A stretch of DNA of 64,000 bases from Antedon mediterranea (taxonomy: Eukaryota > Animalia > Echinodermata). The position numbers were made by a program, and so were the translations under genes. The notes under the pieces were generated by a model. It ran no database searches, was not told the origin of the DNA, and saw only the letters and a list, made by a program, of their open reading frames with translations. Positions 24,701-36,700 of this stretch are shown here, piece by piece; the first letter of the stretch is position 1; the number at the start of each line of letters is the position of its first letter. The DNA is taken from NCBI RefSeq assembly GCF_964355755.1, contig NC_092679.1, positions 5,734,201 through 5,798,200 on the forward strand. Direction: 5' to 3'.

Positions 24701-27700
24701 GAAAGACTGATTTGTGGACTATGATAATATATTTTAGTAACTTGTTTGGTTTGTGTTACTGTATGTACTATGATGACCATTGAAAGACTGATTTGTGGAC
24801 TATGATATATTTTAGTAACTTGTTTTGTTTGTGTTATACATTGTTATATTCTTTGATAATTTTTTTAAATATTTATGTCAACTTCATCACTGTTTACTTG
24901 ATGCAATGCAATAAAGGAAATAAATAATTATACAAAAAACTGTATACTCAAGTCTATTATACATGTAAAAAGTTATACCATCCATGCCAAACTCAACTGC
25001 CTAAGTTGTATAAGTTCAATGTTGTAAAACCATCTGTAACCTTAAACCAAAACCAAGTCTCTTAACCTTTTTGTACTGGTACTGTTATTGACCTTGAGTG
25101 GTCATGCAGGATTTGAACACAAGATCTTGGGATTAGTAATGATTACAACCAACTTACGATGCCACAAACTGTCCATACCATGTTTCAATTTGTTGTAGAA
25201 AAAAGTTACGTTGGATGTCTATGTTGTATAACCACTTGCACCAACTCTGTCCTTTCTATACTAATATAGACATGATGATGTCATATCACTACCATATTTG
25301 GCCATACCAATACCATATTTGGCCATATCACTACCATATTTAAGCACATAACACTTTTTTTTGTCTCACTAGTTTTATAGTGTAGACAGAGCTTAAGTCT
25401 CTCAAGTTTTTTGTACTGGTACTTGGTCATGAGAACACTCCTAGTTCTGTGACCAAGCATAGATTTAAACCCAAGACTCTATCATTGCTAATGCTACCTA
25501 CTATACAGTGCCACTACTATTGGAACATATCCAGATTTAAATTAATTTTTTTGAAGATTGAATTGGCGCTAAGGATTATTGGAGAAAACACAAATTTACT
25601 TGATCCTGTAGAACTGCTCGATGTAATGCTTCTGATTACTGCTATTGTTTCCAACCTTCTTTGGTACATTGATGATATGGACGACGCGTTTACGTCACTT
25701 CACACTACGTGCACAGTTGTCTCGGGCCTTGCGGTGTTCTTTAGACTTGGATTCAACCTGTACCAGGTACGTTATACTGTTATACACATTATTTTGTACT
25801 TGTCCGAAATATACAATGTACAAAATAACATGTTTATCGTGAAAAGGATGCTATAAAAAACATTTATTATTATAAGCATATAGAATATCAATTTCAATGA
25901 TTTGTGTATAAAATTTATGTTTTTTAGACGAAGAAGCTGATTATACTGTTTAAAAACAGAATATTTCCAGTCATGTTTGACCTTATTGTTCTCGTCTTCA
26001 TCATAATGTGAGTTTTTCTTTGAGAATTCTATGAAAAATGTACAGTGGTGGTGTTATAATTATGGTATTCTTAATCCTAATACAATGTGTTTATTATTTT
26101 CAATTGCTGAGTGTCATTAAATTTATTTTAATTTCTTAAAATCCACAGTTATTTCTACGCCATAATTGGATTTGAAGCATTCAGTAATAAAGAGCGTGAC
26201 CCTACATACTCTTCCAGTCACTATGACTACTGCTGTGGGCTTGGCTTTGATACCTTTTCGTAAGTTGCCTGAAGAATGTCTCTCAAAATTGTCTCTTTCA
26301 AGCGGCTATCTATTGCTCTTTATCAAGGAGTTCTATATGGAAACTCACATGAAGCAGACATAGGAGAGTTTATAGACTATTTCCTAAGTAATAACACCAA
26401 TATTTTTTATAATGGCATCGCTTCTTTCCGTTCTATTATTTTACATCACTTAGTTAACCTGTAATATCATTTTCCTATGTTCGATCTTGTTTTTCTGTCT
26501 GTTATAAAGAATTATATTTTTAATGTTAAGTAGTTTTTCAGTCGCTTGCAACGCGACTCTATAGCTCACTATGTCGGTCGGTCAGTTGGTTGGTAAACAC
26601 TAAATTTGAGCACGTGACTGCAGTCATGTATATGGCCTTGTTTATATTAAGATTTTAACCAGCCTGTTTAGTGGCGATGATTAGCTGTGGGTTTGAAATG
26701 ACTCTGAATTTGAGATTCCTTCCCTCAACCCCTTTTAAGTTTGTAAGAAGGTTACTTCCCAAAAGGTCCTATTCTGTAGTGAACACATTTCAAAGTTTCA
26801 GGTTCAGTAAGATTTTGTTGAAAACTACCGTTATTGTCTTTTTCAGGTGTGCTCTTCTTGTAATCTTCCAAATAGTGACAACTAGCAACTGGCATGAGAT
26901 TATGAACTCTGTAAGTACTAAAATATTACATTAATCGTTAACATCTTAGGATGACAATAATAGCTGAATGATAACAGTTTTATTCAAAATTATATCACTG
27001 TTAACCTCTGTCTACACTATAAAACTAGTTATGACAAAAAAAGTGTAATGTGCCAAAATATGGTAGTGATAAGCCCAAGTATGGTAATGATATAACATCA
27101 TCATGTCCATATATGGGCACATCACATTTTTTTGTCACATAAAGTTTAATAGTGTAGACTGATCTTAAGGATATGACAATGATAACTTAATGATTTTTAA
27201 TACAGTATATTCGTTTGGATTATACATTTAAAAATACATTTGTATTGTTTTTTTTTATTTTTAGGTCATGAAGTCAGTATCTGATGCTACATGTCTCTAC
27301 TTTGTGTCGTGTTATGTTGTCATCAACTTAGTTGTGATGAAGTAATTATTCCACTGCATTCAATAATTAAGTTCTGTCCACACTATCAAACTAGTTGGAT
27401 AAAAATAGTGTAATGTGCCCAAATATTGTAGTGATATGGCATCATCGTGTCCATATATGGGCACATCACATTTTGTTGTCACATAAAGTTGAACTCGGAA
27501 CCATCTGATTTATAAACCAATCATGTTAAACACCAACCTACACTGTTACTATACTAGGCTGAACAATTCTAGTAAAAACTGTATTTAGTCAAATTCTTAA
27601 AAAAAACCTATCCTAAACTTTGTTTTGCTACCACAATTTTGAATTTTTAAATCTATTTTTTTTACCAGCTTGTTTGTTGCCATAGCAATTGAAGCATTCA

Positions 27701-30700
27701 ATAAGTTAGGAACAGAGAAGGAATTGGAAGCCGCAGAGAAGGAAAGTGAAAATGAGACACAGGAGGAGGAGGAGGATGAAGAAGAGGAAAAGGTTAATAT
27801 TAGTATTTTTATTATTAGTAATTAGATTTATTAAATAGTTTCATGACAATCGGAAATATACTGTGAACGTTTGATGAAGAAGGAAGTTACAGATTTGAAG
27901 ATATGACAAATGAAAATGTACAGAAAAAAAGCAAAGAAAATAAATCTTCTTGTCATTTAATCGACATTGAAAATTGAGTCTATACCTCCATGTTGGCTTT
28001 TCCTGTGCGCTTGGATAATTCTGATGAAAGTTGAAAACATGGTGAAGTTATAATTGATATTAATACTGTTTATTTCAGGGTAAACTGAATTCTGCGAAGA
28101 CGTTCCTCAATAACATATTTGAAAGCTCCCGAGTATGTATTATATTGTCTTTTATTATTAAAAATTTTCATTTTATGTGAGGTGAACAAATTTCTTTTAT
28201 TATCAGTATACATACAGTTTTACTTGAATATTAATATTTTTTTCTAGCTGGCAAATGTAATATGTAAGTTCTGTCTACACAATCAAACTTTATGTGACAA
28301 CAAAATGTGATGTGCCCATATATGGACACATTGATGTCATATCACTACCATATTATTTGGGCATATCACACTTTTTTTGTCAAACTAATTTTATTGTGTA
28401 GATAGAGCTTTACAGTACAGTAAATCCCCTCATTTACATACGGCACGAGCCTGCTGCTGTTTGTAATTCAAAATATTTGTAAAATTGAGGTTACATACAG
28501 ATTTAAGCTATATACATCGTATCACATAGGCATCATAGACGGGTCAAAGTTTTAGGCCTAAAAACAGCCACACGTCTTGGTCCGACACAATGATAGTCCA
28601 ATTCTTTCTCATTGTACCTTCTTGTGTGCTCTCAATTTGTTTGAGTAAAGTTTGTTTTAAGGGTTCGTATTTATAAATAAAAAATGAGGTGTATCAGAAC
28701 AAAAATATTATGCGTTTATCAGGTGGAAGAAGAAAAGGAGCGTAGTGTTAGACCAACAAATAGTCCTCGTATGAGGAGGCCGAGTAGAGTTGTAAGTAAA
28801 CAATGTCAAAGGTCATTGAACATCGCATATATAAGTAGTGATAGATTCAGTGCACTCATAATCACAAGTTATGGATATGACAAGTTTGAATTTCATTTAA
28901 TTATGCAGTAAGGCATGCTTTTGAACATTATATCATTGCAATATATGTAACGCACACCAGCCAAATCTCACATCTTAATATGCATGCTCTACACATTTAG
29001 ACAACATTTGGTGAAATACAATTTTTTCTGTCACATATGTAGTTACTGTACAACATTAAAAGTAATGGGTCATTACTACAGTATAATGTAGCCATGCTTG
29101 CTACACTATCGATTTTACCATACACAAAATCATGGGTACCAACTAGAACCAACATCTTGAACAAACTAAAGAAATGCACCATCTTTTTTACCAACATCAA
29201 TTACAATCACAGCCAATCGTTGCAACTGCAGTGATAGCATAATTCCCCTCCCCAACCCCAAATAAACTTCAGTTACAGTTGAAACTTTATTCAACAATCA
29301 CTAGTAAACAAAAACAAGTAGTAAGTAAGAAGTAAACTGGTCACTATCAAATTCATTGCATTAATTCTACCACAATCTAATTGATTAAATTTGAGTAAGC
29401 AACCAATGCATGTAATAAATTGTTTAGTGGTTCATTTTCAGTTTCATTCATGTTTGTAAAATTATTTTTCACAAATTATAATTATTTATAACCAGTAATT
29501 TATTTTTGTTGTGCAATATTATAGTGTGTTAATGTTTGCATATTTAAATGTTTAAAATATTATAAACATTATATAAAATCATTCACTAGAATTTGTGTTG
29601 CATTTCATTGAGTTTCCATAATTATTAACATTTGATAATTCTTTTATTTTTACAGTTTAATTTTCTACATCCTTTAATATTTTTTATATAGAGCATTGTT
29701 CATCAAAACCCTGGCATGTCTCCATTTGTGATGTCTCCAGTGTTAAGTCCACAATTAAGCCCTACTACAGTAGTTGAAGAAGATGCAAGTCAGAGTGTAA
29801 GTGATCTGTTGTATTATATAAATCCAAAAGAAAATTACTAAAAAATGACAATGCTGTGGGTGTCAGTGACTGAATCTCAATGGAGATACAAAAAAATAGC
29901 GAAAAGCTACATCAAAACGATAAAGTAAAACAGCCAGAAAAATTATCAGAGCTTTCGGGCAACACTAGACCTTCACAAGTATTACGTTGCACTGGTTTTA
30001 ATTATACACTTATAACATGCAAAAAGGAAGTATGATATAATGTGAACATTCTATTGCAATTCAGTATATAAAACAAAATTGAAGTTTCATGTTGTTTGTA
30101 TACCCATCAGTGATGATATTTGTATTTTAGCCCAATATGTGTTGATTGTTGAATTAAATATAAACATTTTTCAATAAAGTACACCTTCAAAAAGGCAAAA
30201 TGAGATAAATACAGGAATTTGTTTTATATAATATTGTTTACTATTGGAGAACTTGTTATTTTTTATTTTATTTAAATGAATACTTTATCATAGGATGAAG
30301 ATACTTCAGATTTAAAGAACATGACACCAGAAGAAAAGAGAGAACACAGGATAAAGAAAAAAAGAGCAAAAAAGAAGAAGAAAAGGTTGAATAAAACTAA
30401 TCCAAAAACAAAGATCATGGTGGTGACTGCTTATCGGGGAACTAAAGACCAAGAACTCGATCTTATTGTTGGAGATGAAGTTGAAGTAATACAAAAGGTA
30501 AGCCTTAAGATTATTGAATTGCACACAATGTGCACGTTCTTACCTTTAAGTGTTCTTACCTTTAAGTATTCTCACCTTAAGTGAATCAGGAGGCAAGTAC
30601 TCATATTGCCTCTTCTCTTGGATATGTAAAATTAATTTGTCTACGATTCTTGTGTCAAAAGAATTGTCTCTTGTTTTTGGTGTTGTGCCTGGATTTTGAT

Positions 30701-33700
30701 AGTGTCTTGGAGTGGCCTCTGAGAAGGTGACCTCCTGGTTTGTGACGGATGGAAAAGAAGGTTGCAACGTCCAGGTCATCAAATCCATTTATTATCTTGA
30801 AAGTTTCAATCATGTCACCGTGGTCTCTTCTCTGTTGCATGGTACGGAGTCCTAATCCATGTAGCTTTTCGTCAGGAGTTCTGGTACTAACTTGGTGGCT
30901 CTATTTTGCACTTTTTCAATCCCACATAATTAGTTTTCACATACTTAAAGGAGAGTCCTGTTTGATCCAGCACCTCATTCAGTTCCTCAGTGGTTTTTAG
31001 AGCAATTATAGTAACAGTCATTTGTCACAGATCACCTGAATACATTTATTTAACTTCTTCTTTAAGCTCTGTCTAAACTATCAAACTAGTTTGACAACAA
31101 AAGTATGATGTGCATAAATATGGTATTGATAATGTGCCCAAATATGTCAGTGATATATATCATGTCCATATAATGTATGGAATTTCGTGTATAAAAATGT
31201 TTATTTTGTTCACGAACTAAAATGGTATAAATATATTTACAACTACAGCAAGATGATTGGTGGGAAGGCAAGATCCGAGGTCGTAAAGGATGGTTTCCAG
31301 CCTCCCATGTTAGAGAGGTAAAACGAAAACCTGTAGAGCAACCTGAACTGCAAGAGAGGCAAGGTTCCAGCCCACCAGTTGCTGCCTGGACAGATAATCA
31401 CAGAAACAGCAATCCAAACTCTAGTCTTGTAAGCATTGCATTTGTCAATTACAAAAACAGAGTGTACAATAACAATATATACTTCTTTTTTCTTCTTTCT
31501 TTCAAATAAAACTTAAACATTTGACAAAAAAATCTATCAAAAAGAAGAGACAAGAGCCCTAGAAGTTAAACATCAATTGGATTATTCCAATCGACACTTG
31601 TGGCGGGCAAGCCATGTACAATAAATGTAGTAATGAAGAAAGGAAAAAACAACATAAAGACAAATCAAAACGCACACAAAACAAACGAACAGGAAGCATC
31701 AAGAAAATGAACGACACAAATGGTATCGTGGTATAATAAAACAATTTGTAAAATTAAATCAATTCCTCCGTTTGAATTATTAAGATAAAGTTTTTTTTTC
31801 TTTATTAAGCCTCTTACAAGTCAAGCCAATAATGGCGTCAATCGCTCACCAAATCCACCGGCCCATCGTAATGCGGCACCACCACAACGTAAAGTAGGGC
31901 CACGTGAAGTTGTGACGGCAATGAATGCTGTTCCTAAGTTGAAAGTGAAGAACAAAGGTGATTGGAGACGAGAAATTCTTGGTGACATTACGGTTATGAA
32001 TCCAGAAGAGGTAAACAATTTGTTTTATCTGGTAAAATCTCTTAAAAAAATGAAAATAAGAACACAATTCATGCACAACCAGACATATATTTTTACATCT
32101 AAAGTTTCGAAATACATTTCTGATTTCCAATAAAATATCTAAATCGTAATTCCTCTTGGATATACAAAAACATCCCAATATAATAGTACATATACTATTT
32201 AGACCCCACTACTGAACCCCTTTATGGGTAACTAAATATGATTCATTTCATGCCTCGATAAATTTTAGCTTCAATTTAATTTCTTTCTTAGATGAAGGCG
32301 TTGAATAAGATTCTTCGATCAGGTTCACTTGGTGGGGTAAGTAACTGTTATATAATCACACTGGTTTTCACTTTCGTATTATTGGATATAATGTTGCAAA
32401 CTTTCTAGCTGTTGCAATAGTAACAGTGAGTGTATTTTGAAAACAAATTTCACTTCAACATGCCCAATTATGCCCCAGCCAAAAGTGGAATAATTTCAGA
32501 TTATTTGTGCATCCAGTATCTAAACACAACACCTAATGAATCTTGGTTTAACTTTTTTTTTACACTTTTCAGTCTTTACCCATCAAGAAGCAATCCCTGA
32601 TGTAAGTTTCTGAATATTTATTTCTTGTTAAAGTGTTAAATTGAAACAAAAAATATATAATTAGGCTTCAACAATGAAGTTTGCTCCTAAATGGGAGAAA
32701 AAGATTTTATTCAAGCATACCACACTGTAGTCAATAAAACATTCCCACAATCTTATACCTTTTCACATCTGCATAAATTGTTACAACTTGTAACCAGGTT
32801 TGATCTCCTAATTTATTACACGTTTTCATACACGCACACGCGCCCCTGAGAAATCTTGCAGGGAAAGCGTATTTGCGCGCTATTTGATTACTATGATTGG
32901 TCAGTTTAATACCAGGGCAATACAAATGCGCGCATTAAGAACTTAGAACATCTCGGAACAAAACAGACCTCTCATCAGTGTGTTTTTCTGTGCAGTCTAG
33001 GGAGATTTTCCACAAAATTGTGTTCACACTATGCAAACCTGGTTACAAGTTGTTACATTTTACAGGTGTGGAAAGGGTATTAATCTTACTTAATTAAACG
33101 ATTCTTCCTTAAGTTAGTCTTTTCAATTAAATGTTTAATTTGATCAGATCTGATATAGTAGAGGAAGAAGAGGAACCAGCTGCACCTGTGAAACCTGATG
33201 AACCAACTTCGCCATTTACACTTCCAATAGTAAGTGCATTTTTGTTGATTCTCTTGTTCAATTTAAGATCCTGCTGCTGGTGTTCCAATGCCTAAATAGT
33301 TGCGCTCCCAAATACCTTAATAATAATTATTGACAATCAGGGAGAGAAAGCGAGAACTAAGGTCTAGTCATCAGGTGCTACTGGACATTCCGAGGAGCAA
33401 ACATAGTTGGGGAGATTGGACTTTCAGTATTGCTGGACCTAGGCTCTGGAACCACCTACCTTTGAACATTAAGCAAACATCATTATTGAGCACCTTTAAG
33501 TAACTACTCAAAACTCAGTAGTTGTTGAGCGCCATGAGCAATGACTGTTGGAATGGCGCTATATAAATTGAACGATAGATGATTTGATTGATTAATTGCA
33601 TTATTTATGTATGACATTTAAATGTCAAGTCTACCAACTGATTTGTATACTTAAACCACATTGATTGACAGCCATATAAATCAGTCTTTTTTCAGCGTTT

Positions 33701-36700
33701 TTATAGTACAAACAATATGTTTATCAGACCTGTGGCCTTGAATATTTCTACTTCACCATCAAAAGAAGAATTAAATTAATTCTGCAGAAAATAGAATGCT
33801 TATTAATTTAATTTTAATTTGTCATTTATTAATAGTTTAACTTTGAAAGGGCGCCAACCTTAGATTTTGTAGAAGAGACAGTAGAGTCAGAATCTGCTGA
33901 TAAAACAGGTAACTATGACATTTTCCAAATATGGTATCGTTTTTTTAATCTCTAGCCATCCAGTGGTATAAACTTGGTAATACCATGGAGAAATAAGTTA
34001 TTTCTCCATGGTATTATGAAAAAAAAATTTACTAAATGTTTAAAAGAACAATAATGGTTGTTCATTGTACTCGAAACGAATGTGTATTGTGTTATTATAT
34101 CGATACATAATACGACCTTTTTCTAAATTCTGGATCCACCGCCACAACACTTATGTGTTTACTATACAATATGTCAAAATAAATTTATTCCTAACAAAAA
34201 TGTTCCCTCTAACATTTTTAATAACATAGACGACGACGATGATGATATGAAAGACGCAGAGTCGCTCATAAATCATATTGGTAAGTTTGTTGGTGATTAT
34301 TGCTGCTACAAATAAATGGATGTGGGAATGCTAAACGTACGCTAATGTATATTTGTGCATCATGGGATTCAGTGAGGGATCATGGGAATTGTGTAATAGC
34401 ACCATTTATAGGCTTTCTTTGTTGTGCATGTTTTGGTGTCAAATTGAAAATTATGATTTTTTTTTATTTCAGCACGTAAATATGTTTAGTTTTGAAAATT
34501 GAAATTGTTTTATAGTGTTGTTTTTTTTTTATTTCTGTTGACAATACATTATGTCTATTTATTGAAACAAATATCGATAGAGGTCAAAGTTCAATGGGAA
34601 AATTGCATATGTATGACTATTTCTATGATTTATTTGTTACAAAACTCTCCCAAAACCAGACTTTTCATCCAAATTTGTATCTAATATACAGTATATGGGA
34701 GGTGGCAATCATCAGGGTTTTTGTGCCAGATAATTGAATAAAATAAATAAATAATAATGAATGTTTTTGAGTGTGATGGTACAAATAATTTCAAAAGGTG
34801 AAAGATGGAGGTTATATTTTCATAAGACCTATTTCAGAATGAATACAGGACTCACCTTTTACTCTACTGTTGTTATTGATTAACTCCAGCTTCCGAAGCT
34901 GAAATACATAACTTGTATGTTATTATTTGTTTGTTTTCATTTATTTATATTGGGTAACCTCTTCAGTCAAAGACTGGTCTCCCAGTGGGACTAGCAATGA
35001 TCAGTGGCTGTAATGTACTATAGTTCACCAGGGTAAAGGCCCATTTACACTAGGGCGATAACGATCGACGATAAAAGATAAATATGCATTTTCCATACCT
35101 AAAACAAAGAATTTAAAAAAGTTTTCATCCTAGAACTATAGGATTATCATCTATGCTGCCTTTGATGAAAATAATATTTCCACACGTCCAGTCAAATGAC
35201 GTCATGATTAGTAAGAGCAATAATATCGTTACAATACAACGATTTTATTGTTTTATTGATTATGACGTCATTTGATTGGATTTTCAAAAATATTATTTTT
35301 ATCAAATACAGCATACATGATTGTCCTATAGTTATAGAACGAAAACTGTTCTAATTTCTTTCGTTTTATCCAAGAAAAATGCATGTTTATCTATTTATCG
35401 TCGATCGTTATCGCCCTAGTGTAAATGGGCCTTAACCCTCTACTCATCTCGGAAGATATACTACAGTACAGTAGCTTCTTTAAAGTGCACATGAGCTAGA
35501 TGTATACACTTGACCTGTTTATACAGTCCTTATCCGACAAGACTCGTTCTACCACCAGAACCATGGAGCGAGTGAGACTCAAAGCCTTGCCGATGTTATG
35601 ACTACGTAATTACGGTTCCACTGTCTCAGCCACTCACTCAGCCGAATTTAAATAATGAAAAGATTTAATTTGGTGGTAAATCCTTGTTTGAGTTCCGTCG
35701 TCTTGTCAGGAATGAAAAATGAAACTAGTAATTTTTGTTTAGATACCCTGACTGTAGAAACACCAGAAATACCGTCAGAATTGAAAAAGAAGAAACAGAA
35801 AGAGAAAACAAAACCAGGAGAGATGCCGGCCTGGATGAAAAACTTTGTCGCCAGTAAGCAAATCAATATTGCTGCCGATCAGTTTGACGAAACAGATCTT
35901 GACAAGGAGTCAAATAAATCAGACAAAGATCCAGGGTATGTAATGGAATAATATTAATTGAGGTAGGAGGGGTTCATGGGGGCATGGTAGAAGTGAGTAA
36001 AATCTCACAAATTTATAGAAATTAAACAAGTTTATCAAACCAATTTTTATCTTAAAGTGTAGGTTCATGTAAAAAAAGGTTACAAATTTAGCTGTTGAGT
36101 CGAAAAGTCATTCTATTGACAGTTTGCATAGTTCCATGGCAATAGTGAAAGGTTGCTATAGTACAACATTATGTTTAATGTGATGCAGGTTCCATTTGTG
36201 CAATAATTGTCAGTTCACTACACCATTACTGTATGTTTAATGTGATATAGGTTCTTCCTGTCATATCGCTTCACCAATATGTTTAATGTGATACTAAAAT
36301 ATGTTGTTTTATTATAGACCATTATTGCTTAGCCCCTTGATGCATCATATTCCCCTGTTTTCTTGTCTCAATATGCCATTTAATGTCAATACAACGCATA
36401 CACGGCTCCCTGGGGAAGTTTTCCATCGTTATATTGCAGCATTTATTTGTCAAATAATAAAAAATACATTTTGGAACAATATTGCTGAAACTCAACTTAT
36501 CAAATCTAGGTCAAGGAGTTTAAAAGCATTATGCTAAAATGGTGTACATTATATTATGCTAAATTATGGGTGAAATAAGTTTTTTATTTGTATACCTTTA
36601 ATATCCTAACACAAATTACAAAAATGACAATGCTGTGGGTATCAGTAGCTGGATCTCAAAGGACATGTAAACAAAATAAGCAGAAAGTTAAATCAAAATG

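Noticed and set aside
24190-24780. 196-aa periodic ORF on the minus strand
   Set aside because: By-product of a 78-bp stop-free tandem repeat inside a channel intron.
11671-27792. Calling the channel a four-domain Cav/Nav, a CatSper subunit or a named TPCN1/2/3 orthologue
   Set aside because: Exactly two 6TM repeats are present, and the filter, S4 and tail differ from TPC1-3, so no gene symbol is justified without a phylogeny.
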